Source: an uncultured Gammaproteobacteria bacterium (lineage in GTDB: Bacteria; Patescibacteriota; Patescibacteriia; JAHIZJ01). Taken from it: a stretch of 64,000 nucleotides of DNA. Every line of letters begins with the position of its first letter. The first letter of the stretch is position 1. Location of the stretch: NCBI GenBank assembly GCA_964371245.1, contig CAYJKP010000001.1, positions 123,042 to 187,041 of the forward strand, given 5' to 3'. Under the pieces are notes generated by a model that was not told the origin of the DNA, did no database searches, and was given only the letters and a program-made list of their open reading frames with translations. Positions 37,648-50,467 of this stretch are shown one piece after another. A program made the position numbers and the translations under genes.

Positions 37648-38067
37648 ATGGCATGGCCTCATCCAGGATCGCTGAAAGTACGTCTCGTGGTCTATTGCGT
37701 GATCATTGCGGGTATCCTTACCGTACTCTTTTTGCGTGTTGGGTATGAGCAAGCGCGCGCCCGAGATCTCCAGCGGATCGCGGATGCGTTGATCATCCGT
37801 GGCGCGTTTGAACGGATGTATCTGCACGATCGAGGCTATGCAGCGGCGGCTGATCACGGCTGCGACAAAATCGGCGTTTCCATCCGGCAATGCAATTTAC
37901 GCACCTATTACCGGGAAATAAACGAACTCGTTGACCCGGGAAAACGGGAGTATGTCGTTACCCAGGTTCCAAGCGCGACAAATTACGAGATTACCTTCCA
38001 GCTCGAGCTTGATCATCCCAACCTGGCAAAAGGGAAGCATACGGTTACGGCCGACGGGATACACTAA
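37648..38067 (+). CDS. Pilin-like protein without canonical prepilin cleavage motif
   Basis: Hydrophobic helix then ARARDLQRIAD, DP, Y.I.F.LE pilin-like pattern. Confidence 0.65.
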   Translation: MAWPHPGSLKVRLVVYCVIIAGILTVLFLRVGYEQARARDLQRIADALIIRGAFERMYLHDRGYAAAADHGCDKIGVSIRQCNLRTYYREINELVDPGKREYVVTQVPSATNYEITFQLELDHPNLAKGKHTVTADGIH

Positions 38068-38125
38068 AGCCGTATAAATTTTCTAGATCCAACAACCTTT
38101 CGTTTGCGAGCCTGAAAAATAAGCA

Positions 38126-38887
38126 ATGTCAATGATTGTTCTCACCACCCTCATCGTCTTCATCGTCGGGGTCAGCATCGGGAGTTTTTTAAATGCGGTC
38201 ATCTGGCGTCTCCATACGCAGGAAGGTTTTTTGCGCGGCCGGTCGTATTGTCCGAAATGCCGGGCGACGATTCGGGCCAAGGATCTCGTTCCGCTGGCCA
38301 GCTTTTTTCTCTTGCGCGGCAAATGCCGTGACTGCGGCAAAAAAATATCATGGCAATATCCGCTGGTGGAACTCGCGGCTGGTCTCGCCTTCGTCGCGCT
38401 GTTCCTGGTTTATGGTTTTACCGACGCATTTTTCGTGTACGCGGTTGAGACCGCTTTTCTTATTATTGTTTTTGTCTTTGATCTCAAGCATTATCTGATT
38501 CTTGATCGGGTCATGCTACCGGCCGCCGTCGTTGGCCTGCTGGGCAGTCTTTTGCTCGGCGTGGACCCAGTCAAAATCCTGATCGGCGGTATCGCGGGCG
38601 GCGCGTTTTTTCTGCTCCAATACCTCGCCTCACGCGGAAAATGGATCGGCGGCGGCGATATCCGTCTCGGCGCGGTCATGGGTTTAATGCTTGGGTGGGA
38701 CAAATTGCTAGTGGCGATGTTTATCAGTTATTTAGTCGGTTCGCTGGTCGGCCTTGGCTTAGTGGCGAGCCAGCGCAAGAATTGGCAGAGCCGTTTACCG
38801 TTTGGCGTATTTTTAAGCGCGGCCACGTTTCTGACCTTTATTTGGGGCGGTGATATTATCGCCTGGTATGTAAAATTCCTATCATAG
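38126..38887 (+). CDS. pilD: Prepilin peptidase (A24)
   Basis: GSFLN, RSYCPKC, GKCRDC, YPLVE, GGGD, PFG. Confidence 0.95.
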   Translation: MSMIVLTTLIVFIVGVSIGSFLNAVIWRLHTQEGFLRGRSYCPKCRATIRAKDLVPLASFFLLRGKCRDCGKKISWQYPLVELAAGLAFVALFLVYGFTDAFFVYAVETAFLIIVFVFDLKHYLILDRVMLPAAVVGLLGSLLLGVDPVKILIGGIAGGAFFLLQYLASRGKWIGGGDIRLGAVMGLMLGWDKLLVAMFISYLVGSLVGLGLVASQRKNWQSRLPFGVFLSAATFLTFIWGGDIIAWYVKFLS

Positions 38888-38900
38888 TGTATAATCATCA

Positions 38901-39524
38901 ATGATGAAAGTGTTAGGAAAAAAAGGCTTCACGCTTATCGAAATGATTTCCGTCGTTGCGATTATTGGCATTTTAACGACGGTTGGCGTGGTTGCATTTC
39001 TGAGAAATCGCCAGTCAGCCGATCTTGATCGGAGCGCCTCAGAACTGGCCAGCAATATCAGAAAAATACAAGGCTACACCCGGGCAGGACGGAGCGAGGG
39101 TGCAAATGTGCCGCGCGCCTACGGTTTAATGATCGATCTGACCGGCGGATGGGCCGACACATATACGTTGTACGCTGATTTCGGCACCAGTGGTGATGAT
39201 TTTTATTTCGAGCCGGCACCGACCGGCCCGGATGTCCAGATTGATAATTTTACTCTGGCGTCAAATACGCGGATAACGAGTGTCGAAATAAGTAATTTGC
39301 GAGAATCCTTCGGCCGCATTGATTTTGGTTTTTTTGTGCCCTCATCTGATTTGAAGGCAATGGGGACAAGCGTCGGCGGCATACCGCCAGATGATTCGAG
39401 TATTTTTGATACTGGTCCGATCGAGGTAAAAATTACCGTTACACACGCGCAAGCCAACAAGTCAAAGGTCGTGCGGTTCAACGGCGGCTCGCTTGGCGGC
39501 GCGACAGTGGAGGATGGCTCATGA
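38901..39524 (+). CDS. Minor pilin (FimT/FimU-like)
   Basis: KG|FTLIE class III signal. Confidence 0.85.
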   Translation: MMKVLGKKGFTLIEMISVVAIIGILTTVGVVAFLRNRQSADLDRSASELASNIRKIQGYTRAGRSEGANVPRAYGLMIDLTGGWADTYTLYADFGTSGDDFYFEPAPTGPDVQIDNFTLASNTRITSVEISNLRESFGRIDFGFFVPSSDLKAMGTSVGGIPPDDSSIFDTGPIEVKITVTHAQANKSKVVRFNGGSLGGATVEDGS

Positions 39525-40192
39525 AACGACCAATGATCAAAAAAAACCAAACAGGGGTTACGTTACTGGAGGTTGTGGTGGCCATCTTTGTCATTACGGT
39601 CGGCTTGATATCAGCACTGGCTCTGATCATCTCAAGCATCACCGGCGCCCGGACGAGCAAGTACCAGCTGGTGGCCGGCAACTTAGCGCGGCAGGCGATC
39701 GAAGTGGTGCGCACCCAGCGCGACGGCAATTGGCTTGAAATCGAATCAAACAGTCTCGACCCAAGTTTGTGGGACCAAAACCTCTCTGGAAACGGGATGA
39801 TCTACACGGGAATAATCAATTTTCAAGATGATCCAGCGCTCGCCGATTATATGAAGTGGACCATTCTCTATGATTCGACCTATAATTTTTCTGACAATCC
39901 GTCGCAATTAAAGGTTTATTATGTCGACCACGGTTCCTGGAAAATCTATAATCAATATATGCAAGCCAACCCGCCGGGGTTGTCCGAGAGCGTTTTTCGG
40001 CTCGCTGCGTCGACAAAGCCAATCTGTATAGAAAACGGTATTGAATCGACGGTAGGAAATGGCTTCAGTTGTGAAACGACGGTCCCGCCGAAAACAAAAA
40101 TCGGCATCCAGATAAAAGCCACGGTAAAATGGCTTGAGTCGGGGATCGAACGATCGTATGAGCAAGAAGAAAAAATATATAATTGGAAATAA
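39521..40192 (+). CDS. Minor pilin (PilV-like)
   Basis: G|VTLLE, NLARQAIEVVR..RD. Confidence 0.85.
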   Translation: MKRPMIKKNQTGVTLLEVVVAIFVITVGLISALALIISSITGARTSKYQLVAGNLARQAIEVVRTQRDGNWLEIESNSLDPSLWDQNLSGNGMIYTGIINFQDDPALADYMKWTILYDSTYNFSDNPSQLKVYYVDHGSWKIYNQYMQANPPGLSESVFRLAASTKPICIENGIESTVGNGFSCETTVPPKTKIGIQIKATVKWLESGIERSYEQEEKIYNWK

Positions 40193-40193
40193 G

Positions 40194-40835
40194 ATGCGCT
40201 GGCTTCGCGATAAAAAAGGATTAAGCTTGGTCGAAATGATCGTCGTGGTCGGGCTTTTTGGCATTTCTATGTCAGTCTCAATGACGATATTGGTAAATGC
40301 CTTGCAGAACCAGCGCTCGATTCGGGCGGAACAAAAGGTCATCAGTTCCGCGCGCGACGCGCTCGAGGTACTCGCCCGAGAAATACGGCTTGGCTATATC
40401 GATTATGACACACATTATACAGGCGGCGCGCTAAATTCCGTCCAGGACAATCTCTGGGTAACAACCGGGAGTGGAAATAATTATAATTTTCGGATAACCC
40501 AAGAAGCCGGTGGTGATCCGATTACCGGACAGCTCGTGGCTGATGATGGTATGGTGGCGTCGCCGCTGAGCAGCACGGATATTAGAATTGATGCGATCAA
40601 GTTTTATGTCCGGCCGATCTCTGATCCCTACTATATCTTTTCTTGCACCGACAATAGCCAATGCGATCCGAACATCATACCGGTGAAGGCTCCGGGGGTG
40701 TGTGTAAACAACATTTGCGAATTGGAAGACCAGCAGCCACGCGTGACGATTGTTTTAAACGCGACTAACCGCGGCCAGGGTTTTGCGAAAGTCGAGCTGC
40801 AAACAACCGTGGCCGTACGCACGTATAAACGGTAA
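40194..40835 (+). CDS. Minor pilin (PilW-like)
   Basis: KG|LSLVE, LEVLAREIR, LQTTV. Confidence 0.85.
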   Translation: MRWLRDKKGLSLVEMIVVVGLFGISMSVSMTILVNALQNQRSIRAEQKVISSARDALEVLAREIRLGYIDYDTHYTGGALNSVQDNLWVTTGSGNNYNFRITQEAGGDPITGQLVADDGMVASPLSSTDIRIDAIKFYVRPISDPYYIFSCTDNSQCDPNIIPVKAPGVCVNNICELEDQQPRVTIVLNATNRGQGFAKVELQTTVAVRTYKR

Positions 40836-40840
40836 CTATT

Positions 40841-43722
<2,882 letters not shown>

Positions 43723-43786
43723 CGAAGTCGTTGATTGAAGGATGACGAGTGATGCCCGCCTCTTTTTTATTGTCAATTTTCTGGAC

Positions 43787-44085
43787 AAAAGAAAAAGGAG
43801 CTTCGTTCCATCGACCCGAGACTGGCGTTGTACGACGCTGCCGGCGAAGGAAGAAGCTCCTGAAGGAGCGGTCCATCCAATCCGATCGGGGGGTCAGCCG
43901 ATCCAGATTCCACAACCGTCGTGGGAGCCACGGACTCGGATGGACGCTCAAGATGCCGGGGTGAGGGGGTGGCTTCTCGCAGGAGAACGGGTTAGGCGAG
44001 ACAGTACCGTTATGTTTTGGCCGTCCCCTAGACTCATCTAAACCCCATCACCCCCGCAGTATCTGAGCAAGAAAGTAAGTTACAA
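43787..44085 (-). ncRNA. Putative ~300-nt structured non-coding RNA of unknown family
   Basis: Perfect promoter upstream, three successive paired domains, terminal stem followed by U-tract, no credible ORF. Confidence 0.55.
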
Positions 44086-44091
44086 CCACTG

Positions 44092-44120
44092 ATTATACGT
44101 GCAATGATTGATCGTGTCAA
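44092..44120 (-). promoter_or_regulatory. Consensus sigma70 promoter
   Basis: TTGACA-17 nt-TATAAT on minus strand. Confidence 0.8.
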
Positions 44121-44271
44121 GGCGCCGATTGTATAAAAAAATCGGCGCAGTTTTCATAAAAACAAATCGCTTGTTCCATGGGTAGCGCCCTATCTATTAG
44201 TTATTAATCTCTGCGCAAGATCTGAAATTCTGTTGTATCAGCGGCAAGAAAATGCTATGCTTTATACACGT

Positions 44272-44565
44272 ATGACAAGTTTTAATACCCGTGACATTGA
44301 CCACCTGGCCGCGCTGGCTCGTCTGGATCTGTCCGAGGAAGAGAAAAAACGTTTTGAAGGTCAGCTAGCCTCGATTTTAGCGTACGTGGAAAAACTCAAT
44401 CAGGTTGATACGCGCAATGCCGCACCGACCGCGCATGCGACTGGTTTAGTCACTGTCACCCGGAACGATAGCGTGAAGGACGAAGGCCGACAAACGGAAA
44501 TATTGAGGGAGGTGCCGGCGACCGAAGGAAAAAACTATAAGGTCAAATCAGTCTTTGAAACGTAA
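44272..44565 (+). CDS. gatC: Asp/Glu-tRNA amidotransferase subunit C
   Basis: HLAALARL..IL.YVEKL..VDT, upstream of gatA. Confidence 0.92.
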   Translation: MTSFNTRDIDHLAALARLDLSEEEKKRFEGQLASILAYVEKLNQVDTRNAAPTAHATGLVTVTRNDSVKDEGRQTEILREVPATEGKNYKVKSVFET

Positions 44566-44569
44566 GTCC

Positions 44570-46030
44570 ATGGATTCTCTGCATTTAACAATAGAAGAAG
44601 CGCGGCGCGGTTTAGCCGAGAAAAAATATTCAAGTCATGAGCTTGTCCAAGCAAGCCTTGATCGAATTTCAGCGTTGAATCCTTCGCTGAATGCCTTTTT
44701 AACAGTGACGGCTGAAACCGCCTTGGCGCAGGCAGACGAGATTGACGCGAAACGACAGCGGGGCGATCAACTGTCGCCGTTGGCCGGATTGCCCTTGGCT
44801 GTAAAGGACGTCCTGGCAACCCGTGGCGTCCGTACGACCGCCGGCTCGAAGATACTCGAACAGTACACGCCGCCCTATACCGCCACCGCAGTTCAGCGGC
44901 TGTTTGACGCCGGCGCAATTATGGTCGGGAAAACTAACTGCGACGAATTCGCTATGGGTTCATCCGGCGAATGGTCGGCCTATGGGCCGACGCGCAATCC
45001 CTGGAACACTGAACGTGTGCCAGGCGGGTCATCATCCGGTTCGGCGGCAGCGCTCGCGAGCGGCATGTGTCTCACGGCATTGGGAACGGATACTGGCAGC
45101 TCGGTCCGGCAACCCGCTGGTTTCTGCAATCTGGTTGGGCTGAAGCCGACCTATGGACGGGTTTCTCGCTACGGCCTGATTGCCATGGCCTCGTCGCTTG
45201 ATCAGGTCGGCATTTTTGCCCGAACGGTTGAGGATAGCGCACTCATCCTCGAAACCATCGCTGGCCACGACTCATTGGATTCAACCAGCGTAGCGAAAAC
45301 AATTTTTGACCTCAAGGAAAGCCTGAAAGAGGTACCGAAGGGATTGCGGCTGGGCATTCCGAAAGAGTATTTTATTGACGGTTTGGATCCGGCAGTTGAA
45401 ACAACGATCCGAAAGGCGATTGAGGACTTACGCGGACTCGGCTTTACGATTGTCGATGTGTCATTGCCCCATACTCCGGACGCGCTGGCGGTGTACTACT
45501 TGGTCATGCCAGCGGAAGCGTCGTCAAACCTGGCCCGGTATGACGGGATCCGCTATGGCCTATCGCTTGGCGACGAGGCGAAGGACCTCATCGATATTTA
45601 CCGGAAGACGCGAGCGGCTGGATTTGGGCCGGAGCCGAAGCGCCGGATTATTCTTGGGACTTACGTGTTATCATCGGGCTATTACGACAAATATTATCTC
45701 AAAGCCCAAAAAGTCAGGAGCGTTATTATCCAGGAGTATAAAGACATATTCAAAAAGGTTGATTGCCTGGTAACGCCGACCTCGCCGACCTTGCCGTTTA
45801 CAATCGGTGAGCGGAATGAAGACCCGCTCCAAATGTATCTGGCCGATATATTTACGGTTTCCGCAAACATTGTCGGTCTGCCGGCAATATCGATTCCGGC
45901 CGGTTTCAGCGACGGTTTACCGATCGGTTTGCAGCTGATCGGACCTCATTTCCGAGAACACCGGCTCTATCAGGTTGCCCGAGCCTATCAAGGCGTAACG
46001 TCGTGGCACCGGCAATATCCAGCGAGCTAA
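44570..46030 (+). CDS. gatA: Asp/Glu-tRNA amidotransferase subunit A
   Basis: GKTNCDEFAMGSS, PGGSSSGS, SSNLARYDG, RRIILGTYVLSSGYYD. Confidence 0.97.
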   Translation: MDSLHLTIEEARRGLAEKKYSSHELVQASLDRISALNPSLNAFLTVTAETALAQADEIDAKRQRGDQLSPLAGLPLAVKDVLATRGVRTTAGSKILEQYTPPYTATAVQRLFDAGAIMVGKTNCDEFAMGSSGEWSAYGPTRNPWNTERVPGGSSSGSAAALASGMCLTALGTDTGSSVRQPAGFCNLVGLKPTYGRVSRYGLIAMASSLDQVGIFARTVEDSALILETIAGHDSLDSTSVAKTIFDLKESLKEVPKGLRLGIPKEYFIDGLDPAVETTIRKAIEDLRGLGFTIVDVSLPHTPDALAVYYLVMPAEASSNLARYDGIRYGLSLGDEAKDLIDIYRKTRAAGFGPEPKRRIILGTYVLSSGYYDKYYLKAQKVRSVIIQEYKDIFKKVDCLVTPTSPTLPFTIGERNEDPLQMYLADIFTVSANIVGLPAISIPAGFSDGLPIGLQLIGPHFREHRLYQVARAYQGVTSWHRQYPAS

Positions 46031-46095
46031 TCTATTGCCAAATCTTTTTACTCGTGGTATACTGAAAAACGAATCACAATTAATAGTATTCGACA

Positions 46096-46485
46096 ATGGC
46101 ACCGAATAAATCGAATAAAAAGAGAGTCCTCCTGATTGAAGATGAAAAAATGCTCTCTACGATGTATGCGACGAAATTTACGAAAGAGGGTTTTGATTTG
46201 ATTCAAGCTTTTGACGGGGAAGAGGGGCTGGAAAAGGCGACAACGGTAGAGCCCGACATTATCTTGCTTGATATTATCATGCCGAAACTGGACGGGTTTG
46301 TCGTCCTCAAAAAGCTCAAGCAGGACGCGACTCTGAAAAAATTGCCAGTCATACTTTTGACGAACCTTGGCCAAGATGAAGATATTAAAAAGGGCAAACA
46401 GCTTGGCGCCGATGATTATTTCATCAAGGCAAATCACACGCCTCAAGAAGTAGTTGATAAGGTGAGAACCTTTTTTGAGAAATAA
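46096..46485 (+). CDS. Single-domain response regulator
   Basis: LLIEDE, PDIILLDIIMP..DG. Confidence 0.92.
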   Translation: MAPNKSNKKRVLLIEDEKMLSTMYATKFTKEGFDLIQAFDGEEGLEKATTVEPDIILLDIIMPKLDGFVVLKKLKQDATLKKLPVILLTNLGQDEDIKKGKQLGADDYFIKANHTPQEVVDKVRTFFEK

Positions 46486-46577
46486 ATCCGGTGCGCCAGT
46501 GGAAGCCCGGCCTAAATTGGTCGAGTTATTTTTATCGAAATAATTATTCATAAATTATTTAATACGGGCAGGGTATT

Positions 46578-47648
46578 ATGAAAGATTTCCAGTTTCCATT
46601 TGTCAAAACGAAGGTTGAGGGGTTAACGACGAAATTTAATCTCGAGGATCCGGTTGAACGTCGGAAATATTTTGAAGCCAAAGTCGGCCCCGAGATTGAG
46701 AAGATCCGCGACTACCTCCGTGATGGTACATTCGTGAGTTTTTTGCTTGGGAAAAAGAATTCCGGCAAAGGTACCTACTCGAAACTTTTTATGGAGGCGA
46801 TCGGCCATGAACATCTGGCGCATGTGTCCATCGGTGACGTTATCCGCAAGGCCGACCAGGACCTGCGCGACCCGGCCAAAAAAGATATGCTGGTTGCCGA
46901 GATGCGTCGTCGGTATCGGGGATTTATCACGATCGAGGAAGTTGTCGAAACAATCTTATCGCGTTCACAGCAGAAACTGCTCCCGACCGAAGCGATCCTC
47001 GCATTGCTCGAGATTGAAATCGACCATCTCGAGCATAAGGCTGTCTTCGTCGACGGTTTTCCGCGCAATATGGACCAGGTTTCGCTCTCCCTCTTTTTCC
47101 GCGCCTTGATGGGCTATCGCGACGACCCAGACTTCTTTGTCTTCATCGATTTGCCAGAAGCGGTCATTGATGAACGAATGAAGTACCGAGTGATTTGTCC
47201 GATCTGCAAGACGCCACGGAACATCCGACTCCTCCGCACCAAGAACGTCGGCTATGACGCGGCCACGAAAGAATTCTATCTGATGTGCGATACACCCAGC
47301 TGCAACCAAGCTCGGATGGTACCGAAAGAAGGGGACAGTCAGGGTATCGAGTCGATTCGGGAGCGGATTTCCATTGATGACGAAGTCATGCGGTCGCTCC
47401 TGGGTTTGCAGGGCGTACCAAAGGTTTACCTGAGAAATTCATTGCCTGTTGATCAAGCGCGTGAGTACGTTGACGATTATGAGATTACGCCGGCCTATGT
47501 CTATCAGTATGACGCTGCCTCGCAGCACGTGAATATAACCGAAGAGCCGTACATCGCGGCTGACGATGACGGGAAAAAATCATACAGCTTACTGCCGCCG
47601 CCGGTGGTTGTGGCGTTAATCAAGCAGGTTGCTCAGATCCTCTCCTAA
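46578..47648 (+). CDS. Extended adenylate kinase-like protein
   Basis: GKKNSGKGT P-loop, HVSIGD..R, VDGFPRN, CxxC...CxxxxC lid. Confidence 0.75.
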   Translation: MKDFQFPFVKTKVEGLTTKFNLEDPVERRKYFEAKVGPEIEKIRDYLRDGTFVSFLLGKKNSGKGTYSKLFMEAIGHEHLAHVSIGDVIRKADQDLRDPAKKDMLVAEMRRRYRGFITIEEVVETILSRSQQKLLPTEAILALLEIEIDHLEHKAVFVDGFPRNMDQVSLSLFFRALMGYRDDPDFFVFIDLPEAVIDERMKYRVICPICKTPRNIRLLRTKNVGYDAATKEFYLMCDTPSCNQARMVPKEGDSQGIESIRERISIDDEVMRSLLGLQGVPKVYLRNSLPVDQAREYVDDYEITPAYVYQYDAASQHVNITEEPYIAADDDGKKSYSLLPPPVVVALIKQVAQILS

Positions 47649-47776
47649 CCAGAAGACCCCAATATTTGGAAGAAATAAAAAATCTGGCCGGCAACGGACA
47701 GGTTTTTTTACGCCGGTTTGTCCCCCGGCGATATCATGATATACTAGTAACAGGTTTTTGTACGCGATTGTCCAAT

Positions 47777-47853
47777 TGGTCGGGGTAGTGGGACTCGAAC
47801 CCACGACCTCATGCACCCCATGCATGCGCGCTAGCCAACTGCGCCATACCCCG
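47777..47853 (-). tRNA. tRNA-Pro (GGG)
   Basis: CGGGGTA...TACCCCG-A-CCA; CATGC-AT-GGG-GT-GCATG anticodon arm. Confidence 0.96.
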
Positions 47854-47873
47854 GACAGCTGGAGGCAAAACCG

Positions 47874-48050
47874 TTAGTGCGCTTTTTTTGTCTGGGTTTT
47901 CAGACAGCTGGAACAAACGGACAAGCGCTGACCGTCGATAACACGCGTCTGAAGATTGATGAACTTTCGCCGTTTGGTGGCAATGTTTGAATGACTGCGC
48001 GAAACCGAGACTGTGGAGCCGCGGCGGCAGAGATCACATGATCGAGACAT
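47874..48050 (-). CDS. rpmB: 50S ribosomal protein bL28
   Basis: MSRSCDLC..SRSHSNIATKR..NLQ..CSSC. Confidence 0.93.
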   Translation of the reverse strand: MSRSCDLCRRGSTVSVSRSHSNIATKRRKFINLQTRVIDGQRLSVCSSCLKTQTKKAH

Positions 48051-48116
48051 ACGGAATTTGTTTAGCAATATAATCAACCGTCAGAATATCACATCGGCCA
48101 TAAACAATCAAGTCTC

Positions 48117-48737
48117 ATGCTCATCCAATATTTATTTCAAAACCCAAGCTATTTTATCACCTGGCTATTCGCGATCATCGTCGGCATCAGCGTACACGAG
48201 TTCTTCCACGCGTGGGCGGCCTATCTGCAGGGCGATCGGACAGCACAGCACGCCGGTCGGCTCACCTTAAATCCGCTCGCCCACCTGGACCCGCTCGGCA
48301 GCGCCATGCTGTTGTTTCTCGGTTTTGGCTATGGTAAGCCCGTACCCTTCAATCCAAACAATCTCCGTAACCGGCAATACGGCCCGGCCCTGGTTGGAGC
48401 GGCGGGACCGTTTTCAAATCTTCTCATGATTTTCGTGTTTGGTTTAACACTTCGGTTTTTACTGCCGGTCCTCGGAGATGGTAATCTTCTGTCACTCTTT
48501 CTCTATAACCTCGTCCAGATAAATGTCATTTTGCTCGTGTTTAATCTTTTTCCCATCCCGCCGCTCGACGGCTCAAAAGTTCTTTTTGCGATCTTGCCGA
48601 AATCGCTGGAAAATGTGCGGATATTTCTCGAACACTATGGCCCGTGGGTTCTTTTGGCACTACTGGTATTTGGCCAGGGAATTTTCACGCCGATTTTTGA
48701 CTATTTTCGCAATCTTTCCCACCTTCTCATTATCTGA
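48117..48737 (+). CDS. Site-2 protease (M50)
   Basis: HEFFH, GRLTLNPLAHLD, AGP.SN, FNLFPIPPLDG. Confidence 0.93.
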   Translation: MLIQYLFQNPSYFITWLFAIIVGISVHEFFHAWAAYLQGDRTAQHAGRLTLNPLAHLDPLGSAMLLFLGFGYGKPVPFNPNNLRNRQYGPALVGAAGPFSNLLMIFVFGLTLRFLLPVLGDGNLLSLFLYNLVQINVILLVFNLFPIPPLDGSKVLFAILPKSLENVRIFLEHYGPWVLLALLVFGQGIFTPIFDYFRNLSHLLII

Positions 48738-48896
48738 CGCCTCATTATTAGGCTCGGTAATAAATACCGTATCAGGGTCAATGAGAAGTACGAGTTCTTT
48801 CGGTGATAGGTGTAAGAAGGTGTTCAGGGTTGACGCGTGCCGAAACGCGTGGTATTCTGTGGGGGAAATTCTTGTTAACGAATTTAAAAGGTCTCG

Positions 48897-49316
48897 ATGC
48901 CAACAATTCATCAGCTTGTCCGAAAAGGACGGAAAACCATCAACAAAAAGTCAAAGACACCGGCTCTCCGGAGCGTTTTAAATGCCTTAAAGCGCCGACG
49001 CGCGGATTTACCGAAGGGCAGTCCGTTCAAGCGTGGGGTTTGTGTTAAAGTGACCACCATGACGCCGAAAAAGCCGAACTCGGCCTTGCGAAAGATTGCC
49101 CGCGTGAAGCTCTCAAACGGCATGGAGGTAACGGCCTATATCCCTGGGATTGGCCACAATCTTCAGGAACACTCAATTGTTCTGCTGCGCGGCGGACGCG
49201 TGAAAGACCTGCCGGGCGTTCGCTATCACGTCATCCGTGGCGTGTACGATACTCTTGGCGTTGAAGGTCGGAAACAGGGCCGAAGCCTGTACGGCGCGAA
49301 ACGTGAAAAATCCTAA
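48897..49316 (+). CDS. rpsL: 30S ribosomal protein uS12
   Basis: [29 protein letters not shown]. Confidence 0.98.
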   Translation: MPTIHQLVRKGRKTINKKSKTPALRSVLNALKRRRADLPKGSPFKRGVCVKVTTMTPKKPNSALRKIARVKLSNGMEVTAYIPGIGHNLQEHSIVLLRGGRVKDLPGVRYHVIRGVYDTLGVEGRKQGRSLYGAKREKS

Positions 49317-49329
49317 ATTCTAAAGTATT

Positions 49330-49794
49330 ATGCGATCAAAGCGAGCCCCAAAAAAGATACTCTTACCGGATCCGAAATTCAATAACTTGACGATTTCGAA
49401 GTTTGTGAATTACGTCATGGAGCGCGGTAAAAAAACCGTTGCTCAAGGAATCGTCTATGATACGTTTGAAATGATTTCCCGGCAGACCAAGAAAGATCCG
49501 CTGGACGTTTTCGATCTCGCGATCAGGAACGTAACGCCTCTCTTGGAAGTAAAATCGCGACGGATCGGTGGCGCCAACTACCAAATTCCGATGGAGGTGC
49601 GCGGCGACCGGAAAATGTATTTAGCCATGAACTGGATCATTGACGCCGCCAAAGCGAAGAAGGGAAAGCCGATGTCCGAACGCCTCGCTGAGGAAATTAC
49701 TGCGGCCGCCGAAAATCAAGGCGACGCGATTAAGAAAAAAGAAGATGTCCATCGGATGGCGGAAGCAAACCGAGCCTTTGCACATTTTGCCTAA
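49330..49794 (+). CDS. rpsG: 30S ribosomal protein uS7
   Basis: SRRIGGANYQIP, HRMAEANRAFAHF. Confidence 0.98.
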   Translation: MRSKRAPKKILLPDPKFNNLTISKFVNYVMERGKKTVAQGIVYDTFEMISRQTKKDPLDVFDLAIRNVTPLLEVKSRRIGGANYQIPMEVRGDRKMYLAMNWIIDAAKAKKGKPMSERLAEEITAAAENQGDAIKKKEDVHRMAEANRAFAHFA

Positions 49795-49798
49795 GGGT

Positions 49799-50446
49799 AT
49801 GAAATATAAACGGCCGGTCTACCTTTTTTTGATTGTTGTCCTGGTCGCGCTTGTCACGTACGGGATTTTTTATACTCGGAAACACGTCGAGACAAAAACC
49901 TCATTCTCAGACTTCCAGCTACAAAATCCGCCGGAACGCGATGTCGCATTTTCGGCTCGTCTGGCGGAAGCCATCGATAAAGCCGCCGCAGACTGGCACA
50001 GTGATGCTGCCTTAGTGGCCGTAGACATCGTTTTTAATGGCACAAAAATATCTGACATGAATCCGCCGGTCGCCTTCTTTGTTTCAGAGGAAGACCAGTA
50101 TCAACACGACTACACCATAGAGTTTAAATCCGATTTTAGTGCCCTCGGGTTAGCCGAAGAAACCGAGAAATCACAAAGTTATAAGGAGACGCTCTATACC
50201 GAATTTTTTCCTGAGGACTTTAAACTTGGCTACGCTCAAATTCTTGAACTGGCCGACGGCCTGGGCGGTGAAAATTTTCGTTCGCAGCACCCGTTATCGC
50301 AGATATTACTCGAACTATCAAAAAACCCGCAGTACGGCGTTGAATGGTCGGTATTTTATACGGATATAAAAGACGGTAAAAAGGGCGCGACCTACAATCT
50401 CATTTTCGACGCTTCAACCGGGCGATTAAAAAAATCTAATTCGTAA
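49799..50446 (+). CDS. Membrane-anchored hypothetical protein inside str operon
   Basis: N-terminal TM, C-terminal FDASTG (PepSY-like ending); fills rpsG-fusA gap. Confidence 0.75.
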   Translation: MKYKRPVYLFLIVVLVALVTYGIFYTRKHVETKTSFSDFQLQNPPERDVAFSARLAEAIDKAAADWHSDAALVAVDIVFNGTKISDMNPPVAFFVSEEDQYQHDYTIEFKSDFSALGLAEETEKSQSYKETLYTEFFPEDFKLGYAQILELADGLGGENFRSQHPLSQILLELSKNPQYGVEWSVFYTDIKDGKKGATYNLIFDASTGRLKKSNS

Positions 50447-50467
50447 TACGAATAAAGGAGAATTAAC

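Noticed and set aside
43836-43860. SRP RNA-like GAAGGAAG.AGC on the plus strand
   Set aside because: The CAGG partner of the symmetric loop is missing, and promoter and terminator point to the minus strand.
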